A stretch of DNA of 64,000 bases. It comes from Candidatus Zhuqueibacterota bacterium (GTDB lineage Bacteria; Zhuqueibacterota; Zhuqueibacteria; Thermofontimicrobiales; Thermofontimicrobiaceae). Under the pieces are notes generated by a model, which searched no databases, had not been told where the DNA came from, and worked only from the letters and a program-made list of their open reading frames with translations. Each line of letters opens with the position of its first letter. Position 1 is the stretch's first letter. Both the position numbers and the translations under genes were made by a program. Shown here one piece after another: positions 19,101-30,300 of this stretch. The stretch lies in NCBI GenBank assembly GCA_049322915.1, contig JBMOPW010000016.1, forward strand, positions 103,971 to 167,970, in the 5' to 3' direction.

Positions 19101-19214
19101 TACATAAATCGTATTATCAACCTGTTGTTGCCAATAATCACTCTGGCAGTATATCTCTTTTGCCATGAATGAATACAGCAATACGAAGAAGGTAATGACG
19201 GAGTATTTTTTCAT
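16188..19214 (-). CDS. Exported M1-family peptidase with long C-terminal (probable beta-barrel) region
   Basis: YWQQQVD, WYPKVCVYD, GGMEYP, HEIAHQYF...WLDEG; aromatic alternating C-terminus ending WSISFQ. Confidence 0.85.
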   Translation of the reverse strand: MKKYSVITFFVLLYSFMAKEIYCQSDYWQQQVDNTIYVQLFPSQKKISGHQLISYHNNSPDSLSEIYFHLYANAYTDTSIKSREIDSNFLIRDKSEEAHGWIKVYLVGMELGGQQVSIDCLKLLYDGTILKLSYSPAIPPGDSATISLKFESKIRRYSDNRGKGGYAGNQFEFCHWYPKVCVYDKHGWNAIPSHWLGEFYGEFGTFDVTINVPETFKVAATGELVHREMKLQNDTAIQIITQIQESDSARDDIHDDVPANSTRTLELTYHAENVHNFTWACNPDFLHETDTWNGIAIDVYYTEKSLASWKSKALADTKLSLKWLTENIGPYPYPKITVCEQIDNGGMEYPTIILINSPRTDLILHEIAHQYFYGAVANNELSDGWLDEGIVTYTTLKFLKQYPPESQSPPMHTNLDFFRKQFQPYNFPANTYMNSLYNYFYSGFERPLSYPCYELNNLYLYTFHVYAKPAKFFSVLEYTVGEEIFGNIVKEYYRRWQFKHVDATSLQSVSEQVSGQDLDWLFNQWLYSTAHVDYACKDYTYQKLEDDTWETKIIVSRLASGISPVEVEVTTTSGEKYRQRWPGFEKTNVFTFNTPTKVKKIQLDPDDKILDLNRLNNCNFTIKTFIYPDFYSMYMLPRDAYSLFLWPQLWYNDLDGVKLGLKVNGSYLNRYYVMRNQFWYNTRNRKLDYNLGFSMPWDSINDNLWRHIYVKNMEGRREVNLNINYNFTPRFNAAPERIYRFGFSHIKATDFDYTLRRYRVNGNDIAIQTWDKGRINQLYFDYTRTGINRPQLSHNVSIAFSHKHLGSDYNFAYLFYEDKYSSLRIKKSWQILIRNSAGFILNGDSDVPIQNQLWIGEGNPVDRFKYHYLRSPGSFPQAIQYYLPGDASLCGYANRLVQGKYPLTSDALIATNLELVYHTFDRFLPNPFRKHAGAIQLLLFFDAAYARVNHLDGKLLMDAGMRLQIHKQILEQNRTIRLNFPFWLSHPVLGDAAPYEPHWKFRWSISFQ

Positions 19215-19368
19215 TATCCCTCTGGTGACAGGTTTAATGTGCATTTTGGTCAATTCAGGGTGAAAGATCGTTTATCACGAAAAATTCGAACGAGTTATCC
19301 GGAAAGTCGCTGCACGATTTGTGAAAAACGAATTGAAGAAGTTCGGTCAAAAGTAAAGGAATCGCAAT

Positions 19369-20361
19369 TCAATTGAAATGCTCAACGGCGTAACGGAGCT
19401 TAATCGGGTCAATGGGAACCACACCAACTTCTTCACACACAGCGCCAGCAGCGTAGTTGGCTAATGTAATCGCCTCTTTTAAACTGGCGCCAGAAGCCAG
19501 AGCTAACGTAAGGGTGCTGATGACAGTATCGCCTGCTCCCGAAACATCGTGTACTTTTCTCGCTTTCGTCGGGGCTAATGTGAACTCACCGGAAGATTCC
19601 AGCAGACACATCCCGGCTTCACCCAATGTGACTAATACAGCATTGCATTGCAACTTACTCATCAATTTGAGGCAGGACTCCTTGAGAATTTCTTCGGATA
19701 TAATGCGTACTCCCAGCGCTGCTTCGATCTCTTTCCGATTCGGTTTGAAGAGCGTGACTGTCTTGAACGCGAAGAAATTTTCAAATTTCGGATCGACGGT
19801 AACGATCGTTTTTTGGGCGTTCGCTTCCTCAATGGCTTGGGTGATGATGGATTTAGTCAATAAGCCCTTATTGTAATCCTGAAAAATCAGGGCATCGGCC
19901 TGACGCAACGTCTCGCGCACCGCCTGGTTGACTTTCTTTGCAATCGCCGTATCAACTGGATGTCTGGATTCCCGATCAGCCCGAACCACATGCTGGTCAT
20001 TGGCGATGATTCTGGTCTTTATCGCTGTCGGTCTGGATGGGTCTTTGATAATAAATTCAGTTGGGAAACCCAGTTTTTTCAACTGGGATAATAACTGTTC
20101 ACCTTCCTGGTCGTCGCCAATGATCCCGATGGGAATGGGAGTGGCGCCCAACGAAAACAAATTATTCGCAACATTGGCTGCTCCACCTAAACGAGTGAAT
20201 TCTTCGGAAATTTCAACGACAGGTACCGGCGCTTCGGGCGAAATTCGATCGACGATGCCCCACAGGTATCTATCGAGCATCACATCGCCCAGCACGATTA
20301 TTTTTTTGTCTTTAAAAGAGTTAAAGAACGAATCCAGTCGGGGAGAGTCAATGGTTATCAT
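19369..20361 (-). CDS. rfaE1: D-glycero-beta-D-manno-heptose-7-phosphate kinase (RfaE domain I)
   Basis: GDVMLDRY, RISPEAPVPVV, GGAANVA, DVSGAGDTV. Confidence 0.93.
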   Translation of the reverse strand: MITIDSPRLDSFFNSFKDKKIIVLGDVMLDRYLWGIVDRISPEAPVPVVEISEEFTRLGGAANVANNLFSLGATPIPIGIIGDDQEGEQLLSQLKKLGFPTEFIIKDPSRPTAIKTRIIANDQHVVRADRESRHPVDTAIAKKVNQAVRETLRQADALIFQDYNKGLLTKSIITQAIEEANAQKTIVTVDPKFENFFAFKTVTLFKPNRKEIEAALGVRIISEEILKESCLKLMSKLQCNAVLVTLGEAGMCLLESSGEFTLAPTKARKVHDVSGAGDTVISTLTLALASGASLKEAITLANYAAGAVCEEVGVVPIDPIKLRYAVEHFN

Positions 20362-20385
20362 GTAAAATCCTTACGCGAATAATTC

Positions 20386-20414
20386 AATATATAAAATTAA
20401 ACCTGCGATGTCAA
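20386..20414 (-). promoter_or_regulatory. Promoter TTGACA-N17-TATATT
   Basis: Motif 25 nt upstream of the rfaE1 start. Confidence 0.65.
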
Positions 20415-20488
20415 TTAAAATTTAACAAATTTAAAAATAAAAAATTATTCTTATTGCGAATGAATTGCTATTAGACATTATTGTTGAA

Positions 20489-20983
20489 TCAAAGGTCAAT
20501 AATGCGCGCCGAGTGCGTGGTGACATCCCAGATGGCGACGGTGCTTTTGCCAGTGAGCCAGCCACCGCATTCCCCGGGATTAATGACCAATGCTCCGTCA
20601 GGATTCAATTCAATGAGAGCTGTATGGTCATGGCCATAAATGAGGACGTCGTAACCCTTCAGAATTTTCTGGTCCTCTAAAAACATGGCGTCATGAAGAA
20701 TAATAACCTTTTTATTATTAATGGTCATTCGATGCGGCGGTTGAAATACATGGCCGTCGAAGGCGCGATACAATCCCAAGATTTCTCCATCATTATTGCC
20801 GAGGATAATTTTAAAGGGACAGTGAAGTTTTTTTATCTCGCGAGCCGTGAAAGGCGCCACCACATCCCCGGCATGAATGACAAAATCCATTTCAGCGTCG
20901 TTGAACAACTCGATGGCCGCGCGTATTTTCGGCATATTGTCGTGGCTGTCGGACATGATCCCGACTTTTCTCACATTTTCCAT
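20489..20983 (-). CDS. Metallophosphoesterase (MJ0936/YfcE family)
   Basis: SDSHDN, HAGD, GNND, GHDH, INPGECGG. Confidence 0.9.
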   Translation of the reverse strand: MENVRKVGIMSDSHDNMPKIRAAIELFNDAEMDFVIHAGDVVAPFTAREIKKLHCPFKIILGNNDGEILGLYRAFDGHVFQPPHRMTINNKKVIILHDAMFLEDQKILKGYDVLIYGHDHTALIELNPDGALVINPGECGGWLTGKSTVAIWDVTTHSARIIDL

Positions 20984-21363
20984 AGCAGTCTCAGATGAAT
21001 CGTTTGGCTATTCCAAATTTATGAATGAGTTGACTCTAAAAAGTCATAAAAAGCGTTGATATGTTGGTTGCGATATCTTTTCCACATTATAAATGCCGTG
21101 GCTATTCAATTGAAAAAAGTAAAGGTTAGATAACCTGAATATCCCCTTTACGCTGCGCGCCGCCCCTGTTTCGGCAGTTGAATCACGAGGAGAATTTCAA
21201 TGCATGATACCTGATCTTCCCCAATTTCCTCCGCATTGGAGCGATTGCTTTTTGCCTTCCGCCTGTTTTCGAAAATCGTCACGGGTCTCCATTGTCAGTA
21301 GCCTGATGTAAAGCATGATGGGGAGCGATGCCGCCAAAATCGGCGCCAGAACTGCGGGCATCA

Positions 21364-24309
21364 TCAATGCAATTTGAATTCAATAGGAACAGTGAAAATC
21401 TGACGTAATAGATTCCGGTCGATGAATTCGATTTCACCAAAAATGACAAATCCTTCCGGGGCAATTCTTGGACTCTTCTCCAGCGTAAATTCACACTCCT
21501 TCTGAATGAGCGGATAGAGCTTGAAAATCCGTTCATTATCCTGGTATATTTTAATGGTGATCGTGTCCTTCAGCAAATATCTCTCCAGCAGGGTGAAGGT
21601 CCATTGCGTATTTTTGTATGGATCTGTAAATGCCGGGACCATTTCCAGCGTATAGGAGTCATCGTACAGCGTGCTAAGACTGATTTTTATTTCATTCTCA
21701 TGAAACGCCTCCTTGTACACTGCCGTACCGCGCGAATTGTATATGTTCACCGCAACGTCTGTCATTTGCAAAAATGACGCTTCATCGATTCGAATGAAAA
21801 ATTCAGCGGAATTCGCGCCGGCTTCGATAGAAAAATCATAGGTAAAAATATCGCTAACCCGCGTGATATTCTCCTGATTTCTCTGGAAGCCTGAAATTTT
21901 ACCGCGGCTGAAGCCATGAAACGGCACGTTGAATAAATTTGTCACCTTGAAATAGCCGTTTGGTTCCTGACCCACTTCGAAATGAAAATTGGATATCAGG
22001 GTCGGCTCAACCATGAAGCCGCAGAAAGCGATTTCCAGATTGTAGGTGGATGTCTCACGATTCATGAAATCAGCGTAAATGGCAATCTCCCAAATACCCG
22101 GCGTCAGGGCATCCTGGGGTATCTGCCTGATCTCTTCGTTTTCTTCGGCTGAACTGATGGCGCCGATATGAACATATTGTGACCCATCCGGCTTGAAGGC
22201 GAAACATTCGACGTCACAAAATGCGCTCCTGGCTGGCGAAACTGCGATACTGGCCGAGGTCGCCCCTGTTGGTACAAGAATGAAATATCGCTCCACCTGT
22301 CCGGCTGGCAGTTTCTGTTCAAAGAATTTGTGTTGGTATCTGTTGCCCTGATCGAAGATGAACGGCACGATAACCGTGTTCAGCAGCTCGAATTCCGCGC
22401 ATTGTTTTGCGGATTGCCCGGGCTGCTGATTTCGAAAACCGTAAATTTTTCCGCAATACAGTCCTGGTTTCGTAAGCTGTTTTTGATCGTATCTCACCTC
22501 GACTTCAGCGGCGTTCTCGCCTTTCAGATAGATTGAATTCTTTGTTGCTGAAAGCCAGGGATGCGAAGATTTGAGATGGAACGATCTGAAAAAATCAGCA
22601 CTGGAATCTGCATCCACCTCCAGGTTAAATCGTGGACGAATCATGAATTTCTGAAGGTCGCGATCCGCCGGAAAATAACCAGCCGCTCGCCAGAATGCGG
22701 TTTCGCCTTCGCCGTCCATCAGGCCCGGGCTTTCCGTGGTCACTGAATACGTCACAATCGCCTCGTCTCTGTGGTCGTTCGAATAGTAGTTCAACCATTG
22801 GAACGCCTGATTCATTTGAATCAGCCCGGCGCCCTGATCCAGAAAGCCGTAATCATCGAGGGCGAGTGCAGTATTTTTCAATGCGCGTTTGAGCAGAAAA
22901 TTGTGAATCAGAAGTTTCGGCTGAGACTGACTCGCAGCGCTCCACAGAATGGCTGCCGCGCCGGCGACCTGAGGCGCTGCCATGCTCGTTCCGCGCATGA
23001 CGTCGCTCTGGGAAAATCTGGGAACAGTCGACGACGCCAGTCCCGGGGCAACGGCATCTGGTTTGTTCAATTCACCGCCTCGGGCGCTGAAATAAAAAAT
23101 CATGTCACGGCTGAGTTCTGCCCCGTACAGATCATGCGCGCTGGTCCTGTTCAGCAGTGCGCCAACGGTGAAGGCCAGATTTGAAGCAGCCGGCGTGCCC
23201 ACCGTGGAAATGCCCGGCCCTTCGTTGCCGGCGCTGACGCTGACAAAAATGCTGTCATTGTACGCCAGCAGATTGTCAATCAACTCGTCGATCTGGCTTT
23301 GGCCTTCCCGAACCGAACCAATGCCGTAACTGATATTCACAATGGCCGGCGACTTATGGTCACGGGTATAGCGTTCGACAAAATCGATGGCTTTTTTGAT
23401 ACTGCCGCTGACGGTGCAGCCGCCTTTAAATGTGCCATTGCCTATTTTTAGACTGACGATTTGTGCCCCGGGCGCGATGCCGTTAAATCCTTTCTCGCCA
23501 TTGATTTCAAATCCGGCGGCGATTCCTGAGACGTGAGTGCCGTGTCCGTCATCGTCGAAGTGGAACGACACTTTCATTTCATCGGGAAGAATATTGATGG
23601 CAAAATTCATGGGTCGATAATGATACTTTTTATCGCCGCCGCGCAACTGAAATGAATCGAATTGAACATGGTAATCCCGAATCGGTTTTTCATCATCGAC
23701 GTGGCCGTCGCCATCGGTGTCGACAAAGGCGATCCAGATGAGGGAATCCGCGGTCTCGCTTTCAAACACCAGGACTCCGAACGTATCATCAAACTGCCCG
23801 TTGTTGTTGATGTCGCGAACTTCAGAATTTTGGAAATTGTGCTCGTCGAGATAGCCAATCAGAAATTCATTCTCGATGGGCTTTATCGATAGGCGTTGAT
23901 AATTGTACAAGCGCAGCCCGGAAGGATGTTGAATGTAATATTCCTGACCTTCGGCGCCAGGCTCGCCGGGATAGAGCGTCACATCACCCTGACCGGAAAA
24001 ATCCTGCACATCCATGACTTTTACCAACCCTGTCGATGTTTTCGTGAGACCGGCTACGCCCATGTCCACGCCGCTATCCAGAATGAATATCGTACACCCC
24101 CGGCCATCGAAATCCGGATGCTTCTCAATGAACTGCTTCGCGCCAATAGTGCTCGTGGAGAGGTAACTCCAATCGAATGGATCGGCGGATTGTCCCCAGA
24201 CAGGCGCTGAAAATTGAGGCGCCACGAGAGTGAAAAATGTACCAAATGCGACTGCGAATCCTCTGATGCGATTCTGAACGAACATGGTGAACTCCCTGTT
24301 GCGATGCAT
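21364..24309 (-). CDS. S8 serine peptidase, tripeptidyl-peptidase II-like, with signal peptide
   Basis: DGRG..IFILDSGVD, HGTHVSGIAAG, SAGNEGP, GTSMAAP; long insert between Asp and His; start may be 24285. Confidence 0.88.
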   Translation of the reverse strand: MHRNREFTMFVQNRIRGFAVAFGTFFTLVAPQFSAPVWGQSADPFDWSYLSTSTIGAKQFIEKHPDFDGRGCTIFILDSGVDMGVAGLTKTSTGLVKVMDVQDFSGQGDVTLYPGEPGAEGQEYYIQHPSGLRLYNYQRLSIKPIENEFLIGYLDEHNFQNSEVRDINNNGQFDDTFGVLVFESETADSLIWIAFVDTDGDGHVDDEKPIRDYHVQFDSFQLRGGDKKYHYRPMNFAINILPDEMKVSFHFDDDGHGTHVSGIAAGFEINGEKGFNGIAPGAQIVSLKIGNGTFKGGCTVSGSIKKAIDFVERYTRDHKSPAIVNISYGIGSVREGQSQIDELIDNLLAYNDSIFVSVSAGNEGPGISTVGTPAASNLAFTVGALLNRTSAHDLYGAELSRDMIFYFSARGGELNKPDAVAPGLASSTVPRFSQSDVMRGTSMAAPQVAGAAAILWSAASQSQPKLLIHNFLLKRALKNTALALDDYGFLDQGAGLIQMNQAFQWLNYYSNDHRDEAIVTYSVTTESPGLMDGEGETAFWRAAGYFPADRDLQKFMIRPRFNLEVDADSSADFFRSFHLKSSHPWLSATKNSIYLKGENAAEVEVRYDQKQLTKPGLYCGKIYGFRNQQPGQSAKQCAEFELLNTVIVPFIFDQGNRYQHKFFEQKLPAGQVERYFILVPTGATSASIAVSPARSAFCDVECFAFKPDGSQYVHIGAISSAEENEEIRQIPQDALTPGIWEIAIYADFMNRETSTYNLEIAFCGFMVEPTLISNFHFEVGQEPNGYFKVTNLFNVPFHGFSRGKISGFQRNQENITRVSDIFTYDFSIEAGANSAEFFIRIDEASFLQMTDVAVNIYNSRGTAVYKEAFHENEIKISLSTLYDDSYTLEMVPAFTDPYKNTQWTFTLLERYLLKDTITIKIYQDNERIFKLYPLIQKECEFTLEKSPRIAPEGFVIFGEIEFIDRNLLRQIFTVPIEFKLH

Positions 24310-24374
24310 TGACTTTTCAAATGGATGTTCCTGAGCGCGATTTACTGACCTGTCCGGCGGCGCGCCGGCTGGCT

Positions 24375-24722
24375 TCAGGTGATGCGAACCCGGTAACCCA
24401 AAGCGGTCAACTTCCCGTTGATCAGATTGCGCTTATCGCCCTGAATTTCGATGACATGGTCTTTGACTGTCCCACCACTGCTACAGGCCTGCTTCAATTG
24501 TCGCGCCAACGCCTCCAGAGTCGCCGTGGTGTGTTGCAAGCCTATAACCTGCGTGACGACTTTGCCCTTCCGGCCGCTCCTATCCAGTTTCAGGGTGACC
24601 TGTTGTCGCTCGGGGGGAATGTCCACTCCGGGTTCAGGGCGCGAACTCGCATTCTTTTCATCAATGAATTGACGCGTTTCCGGATCGGTGGAATAGACCA
24701 ATTTTGAATTATTGTCGGGCAT
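24375..24722 (-). CDS. yciH: SUI1/YciH translation initiation factor
   Basis: LVYSTD, GRKGKVVT, CSSGGTVKD..IEIQGD. Confidence 0.92.
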   Translation of the reverse strand: MPDNNSKLVYSTDPETRQFIDEKNASSRPEPGVDIPPERQQVTLKLDRSGRKGKVVTQVIGLQHTTATLEALARQLKQACSSGGTVKDHVIEIQGDKRNLINGKLTALGYRVRIT

Positions 24723-25057
24723 ACTTTCCTGAATGATAGAACCTCCGGCCTGAACAATGGATTGACCTGCCTCTCCATGAGAATTCCATGTCATTTCGGA
24801 GAACATGAAAACTCAAAGCGTAAGGCGGAGCAATATAGAAAGCCAAGTTTAAAATAGCAAGAAAAAATTTTGTATGTGTGTAAAACATCACTTTTAAAAA
24901 ATTCGGGAGACGGCTTTCTGTTTTGAACTGCGGGATTGAGCATCGATTCAGGAAAGTCAGGTTCCGGGTTTGAGCGGTAGAGTCAAATCCGGTGCGGCAA
25001 AATGGTATAAAATTCTGCCTGTACGATTCGATTCAAAGGGTGCATGTTAAAAAAGAC

Positions 25058-25086
25058 TTGACTATTTGAAATGGTTTTGATATATT
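25058..25086 (+). promoter_or_regulatory. Promoter TTGACT-N17-TATATT
   Basis: Motif 50 nt upstream of ATG 25137. Confidence 0.65.
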
Positions 25087-25136
25087 TGCGGACGTTTTTT
25101 TTAACGACAACAAACAAGAATCAATGGAGGTTCGAA

Positions 25137-25925
25137 ATGAAAATCAACTCGAAAGTGCTTCTGCTGGTGGTGGTGTTGCTGGTCGTTTCTATGCCAGTCC
25201 TGGGACAGAACAAGTTAGATAATGTCCGACTTTTTCAGTCATTCTTTTATGATGCTCCTATTGCAAAGACCGGTTATGCCGAAGCTGGTCTTGAGTACGC
25301 TGATTACGATGGCATGAGCAAATTTGGCATCGGTGGTCAGGGTGGTTATCCGATCAACGAGAAAATTGAAGTTGGCGCGTCGTTGCAATTCCTCAGTTTG
25401 TCTCCGGAAGAAGGGGATGGACAGTCGGGGATTTCCGATCTGGGCGCTTATGGTCGTTACAATCTGATAAAAAATGGCAAAACCAATTTTTCCGCCGGCG
25501 CTCTTGTCACATTGCCCATTGGCTCGGAAGACATCGGCCAGGGGAACCTGAATTTTGGCGCATTCGGCGCTGTGAGACATGCGTTGGACAATGGGATGGT
25601 CATCGTTGGAAACGCCGGTCTGATTTTTTACGAAGTCACGAAAGTGGAATATGATTTCGATTTTTCAACTGGCGATTACACAACCGAGGAAAGCACATCC
25701 TACGAGAACTACCTGAATTTGAGTGGAGGCGCTATTTACCCTGTCAATGAATTGCTCAATATCGTCGGTGAATTGACGTTCCGCAGTGAAGGCGATTATA
25801 TGATGCTGAGCGGCGGCGGCGATTATCTGATGGGAAATGGCCACCTTCGCGGCGCGCTGGGCATTGGCCTGGACAATGGCGCTCCTGATCTGATGATCAT
25901 GGGCGGCTATCTGATCGCGTTCTAA
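25137..25925 (+). CDS. Hypothetical outer-membrane beta-barrel protein
   Basis: GGAGG RBS, signal peptide, Gly/aromatic strands, C-terminal Phe. Confidence 0.75.
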   Translation: MKINSKVLLLVVVLLVVSMPVLGQNKLDNVRLFQSFFYDAPIAKTGYAEAGLEYADYDGMSKFGIGGQGGYPINEKIEVGASLQFLSLSPEEGDGQSGISDLGAYGRYNLIKNGKTNFSAGALVTLPIGSEDIGQGNLNFGAFGAVRHALDNGMVIVGNAGLIFYEVTKVEYDFDFSTGDYTTEESTSYENYLNLSGGAIYPVNELLNIVGELTFRSEGDYMMLSGGGDYLMGNGHLRGALGIGLDNGAPDLMIMGGYLIAF

Positions 25926-25947
25926 TCGACGTGTAAATTGTGACTAT

Positions 25948-25985
25948 AAAAAAAGGGTTGCAGCGTTTGCTGTAACCCTTTTTTC
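25948..25985. terminator. Bidirectional intrinsic terminator
   Basis: A-run, GGGTTGCAGC-GTTT-GCTGTAACCC, T-run, between convergent genes. Confidence 0.85.
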
Positions 25986-26013
25986 ATTTGAAATCAATTC
26001 ATTCAGGAAACTG

Positions 26014-26418
26014 TCATTCAAATTTTTCGTCGTGCACCAATTCGATCGGCGGCTTTTGCTGCACGGTGAATGCGATTTTGAAATTCAAATCCCGTACCAG
26101 TTGGGAATCAGCGTCCATTACTTTGAACCAAAAATTATTCTCACCTGTCCTGGTCAGCAATTCAACGTCGGGCTTTAACTCGATCCATTCGGAGGGATTA
26201 TAGACCTCAATTGTATTCACAAATATTTTTGCATGTGAAAAGCCAGATGGTTTTTGAATTTCTTTGATGGTGATTTTTTTGATCCCGTCAATTTCTTTGG
26301 TCATCATTCCCAGACCGTAATTGTTCAGGTAGATAGTCTCGGTTTTCTTGCAACCGGATACAAGAATCAGGGCCAGGGTTAAAACCATTATCCATGTACG
26401 TCGCCATTGAAATTTCAT
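26014..26418 (-). CDS. Hypothetical lipoprotein
   Basis: AGGAG RBS; lipobox LVSGC. Confidence 0.7.
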   Translation of the reverse strand: MKFQWRRTWIMVLTLALILVSGCKKTETIYLNNYGLGMMTKEIDGIKKITIKEIQKPSGFSHAKIFVNTIEVYNPSEWIELKPDVELLTRTGENNFWFKVMDADSQLVRDLNFKIAFTVQQKPPIELVHDEKFE

Positions 26419-26472
26419 AGAATGCTCCTGTCTCAATGAAGTTTGCACGCTCTCGTTCGTCACTCTGTAAAA

Positions 26473-26832
26473 TTAAAATGAAAACTGAGGGGGCAAGTCA
26501 ATCCGTTTTTGATAATTCATTTCACTCGTTGAAATATAAATGCTGCTGTTGTAAATTCTTTTGCCTTTGTAGCGCAGGTAAATCGAAATGCCCGCCGGGA
26601 TGTTCTCCTTTTTTGATAGCGCCCCGTTTTCATCGGTTTCGAAAATGCCATCGCTTCGTTCTTCTCCGGTGCGGGACACACGATGCACCACCTCAAACTG
26701 CTCATTTTTTAGCGGTATATCATCTTTGTAAATTTCGTAGGTAATTTGCCTCGGCTGTTCGTCATTGCAGCCGACAATTACCCATAGAATGAATAATGAA
26801 ACTAATGCATGAACCTTTCTCCACTTCCTCAC
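26473..26832 (-). CDS. Hypothetical lipoprotein
   Basis: Basic N-terminus, hydrophobic stretch, IVGC lipobox. Confidence 0.65.
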   Translation of the reverse strand: MRKWRKVHALVSLFILWVIVGCNDEQPRQITYEIYKDDIPLKNEQFEVVHRVSRTGEERSDGIFETDENGALSKKENIPAGISIYLRYKGKRIYNSSIYISTSEMNYQKRIDLPPQFSF

Positions 26833-27350
26833 GTCCTTTACCCCTGCTCATTTAAAATGACAACTCATCCTTTTATTAGGTGATTCATTTGCATTGCGTC
26901 TGCGTGGTCTGTACTAATGATTATATCGGTCAATTATTAAAAAAATGGAGCCTGCCGATGAACAATATTTGTTACCGGTATTCATTTTTTTTTATTTTAA
27001 AAAACAGAATGTTGAGTCTTTCGACCTGATGTTACGCAGCAGTACAGTAGAAATTACTGAAAACAGGTGTCAAAGGTTACGGAATGTAAATTTCGCGTGA
27101 ATCTGACTGACGAAAAAATGAGTGAGTTCATGAAGGATCGAGTCGAAGTGGTATGTCCATTACTGGAGGATGAATCGGAATCGTGGGTGATGGCAACGGC
27201 CGGATTTCGCCCGCTCAAAATTCAGATGGAATCGCGTCGGGCCAAATGACGGGTACATTCAGGAACTGCCATTGTTTTTGTGACGATGAACGAATGCAGC
27301 CGAGGGAACAGATACCTGGAGTTGCGCCTCCAGGCATCTGTTTTCACACG

Positions 27351-30300
27351 TTATTTTTTAGAGGATAAGCCTTTGGATGTCCGATCTTCCAATGGCGGAG
27401 CCGGCGTCATTTTCGGCGGTTTCGTTTTCAGCAAATTAAGCACTTCCTGAACGACCTTCTCGATCTGGGGATCGCGTCCCTGCACCAGAATATTGGGATC
27501 GTCCCAGACTTCGAAGTCAGGGGAGACGCCTTCTCCTTCCCAGAACCAGTGTCCGTCGTTGTCGTAGAGTCGGGCGCCTGGCACGGTAATGCCGCCGCCA
27601 TCAATTAATTGATGACCGGTCGCAGGCCCGACCAGAATTCCTAAAGTGCGCTCGCCGACTATGGGGCCGGCTTTCAATTCCTGGAACGCCCAGGGCAAGC
27701 CATCGCCGCCGGAACCAGCCCAGCCATTGATCAGCATGCCTTTGGGTCCGGTGTTGGTCTTGATCGGATGGGTATGATCTTTTCCATAGCGCCAGTGCAG
27801 GTTGTACACCACGGGTCGCTGGAGCAATTCCAGAAAACGATCGGCCAATTGGCCGCCGCCATTGAATCGCTCGTCAATGATAAATCCTTTTTTATCGAGT
27901 TGGCCGTAATACATGCGCACCAGTTCCAATTGGCCACGGCTGGATGTGTTGGACATATACACGTAACCGAGTTGTCCGTTGGAAAGTTTGTCCACCAGTT
28001 TGCGGTTCGTCTCTATCCATTCCAGATAGCGCAGGTTGCTCTCTTCGTACTGGCTCAGGCATTTGACCACGTGTTGTTTGCCATCATCTTTTTTGCCGGT
28101 GCGGCTGATGGTCAGAGAAATTGTCTTTCCGGACAGTCCCTCGAACCCAGCGTACGGGTCTTTCTTTGGATCCAGATTCACGCCATTCACGGCCAGAATG
28201 CAATCACCCACTTTGACATCGACTCCAGGCTGGTCGAAAGGAGAGCGAACCTCCGTATCCCAGACGGCCGGGGTCACAATGCGCTTAATCCGATACTGGT
28301 CATCCTTCAATTCCCAATCGATTCCCAGATAACCGGTGCCGCAGGGCTTCACGCTTTCGACATCGCCGCCGAAGGTGTAGGTATGGCCGGCGCTGAGCTC
28401 CGCCGCCAGATTCGATTGAATGTTGCCCACATCCCAGCGAGTGCGGGCGTCCTCAATCAACGCGCCGTACCGCTTTCGGAGACCTTCCCAGTCCACGCGA
28501 TGCATGTTGGGATCATAGAAAAAGTCCCGGTAGCGGCGCCAGGTATCCGCGAAAATTTGCCGCCATTCCTCGCGGGGCACGAGGTTCATCACCAGCCCGT
28601 CCGTCGGAATCGGTTTATCGATTTTTTGATCCGGCTCCGGTTTGATGATCCCATAGGAGCCTTTGCATTTCACTAACAGCGATTTCCCATCAGCCGTGAC
28701 CACAGCATCATCCACGCCGGACATTATTGTCTTGTCTTCCCGTTTTTCAAAATCAAAGCACATCAACGACGAAGACTCTTCGCCCGAGCCGGTACTGGGA
28801 TGTTTCAGGTAAGCAAGCTTGCCCTCGAATGCCGCCAGGCCTCCGATATTCCCGGCTTTGGACGGCAGAATGACCAGTCGGCTTTCCAGGTTGTCGAAGT
28901 CCACTTTTACGACCACCCCGGACGAATCTTTGTCCGATTTCTCGCCCTCTTTTTTACCGGCCGGTTCATCCTTCTTTTTAGATTTCTCATCGTCCTTCCC
29001 GGGCTTCTTTTCGTCTTTCTTCAACTCGTCGTTTTTGACCTGAAGCAGCGACGGCGCATCTTTGGTCAAACTGAGCGACGCGATCTGCGTGGAATTGGGA
29101 TAGACCCAGGTGCCATCCCCCATATCCGAATAGGCAGCCCCGAAATTGCGATTGGTGAGGTAGAACAGGTATTTGCCGTCAACGCTGAACGCCGGGTAGA
29201 AATCTTCATAAAATCCACTGGTTACCTGGTGCGATTTACCATGTTCGACGTCGTAAAGGAATACGGCGTTATTGGCATTGTTCATGCCCTGGGTGAAAGC
29301 GATCCACTTCGAATCCGGCGCCCAGGCAATGGGGAAGCTGAAGCGACCTGAATGATTCAGATCCCAATTGGTATGGCCAGCCGCGACAACTTTCTTGCTC
29401 TCAACATCCAGCACGGAAATGGTATTGGTCTCATCGATGAAGGCAAGTTTTTTACTGTTCGGCGACCAGTGCAGCGTGTAGCCAAATCCCTTCTTCCGGT
29501 CGGTCAATTGGCGCGGCTCGGAATTGCCGTCACTGGCAAGGAGATAGATTTCGTATTCCCCGTTCCGATCGCTCCAGCAGGCGATGGATTTTCCATCCGG
29601 CGACCAGGCCGGAGAGTGATCAAACGCGCCGCTGTTTTTTGTCATGTTCATGACATAGCCCTCCCGAACCGGGACGTTGAATAACTCGCCGCGCGCTTCG
29701 AATACAATGCGCTTTCCCTCCGGCGCAGCCGTCATGTTGCTGATATCGTCGTTGACGTATTTTATTGTTGGCATTTCCACAGAAAGATCGCTGACGACAT
29801 GGACCTGCACCGGCTGATACTGATGGTTGTTGGCATCCATCAGGTACAGCGTTCCTCCCACTTCAAATACGAGATCGCGATTGCCGGCGGCCAGATAGGA
29901 AATATCGAAGTCATCAAACTTGGTGATCTGGGAGGAGGTCTTCTTTTTGGTGTCGTAGGCCCATATGTTCAGCCGCATTTCTTTGCCCTGATCCGACAGG
30001 AAGTAAATTGTTTCTCCCACCCAGGCCGGCTTGCCATCTGTGGCGTGGTTATTCGTGATATTTTCAGCGGTGTTATTCCGCAAATCATAAACGATAATGT
30101 CCGAAGCCAGTCCCCCGCGATACCGCTTGAACGGGTAGTTCTCCGTAATCTTCGTGATATACGCCAGATAATTTCCATCGGGCGAATAGCTCGCCAGTTC
30201 TCCGTACGTCACTTTCAATTTCTCCGCGAGACCACCCTCCTTGCTCACACGAAAAAATTGATTGAGCCGCTGAACCCCATTCTCCCTGGCTGAGGCGAAC

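Noticed and set aside
27067..27249. 60-aa ORF between the lipoproteins and tricorn
   Set aside because: No clear RBS or motif; cannot be supported.
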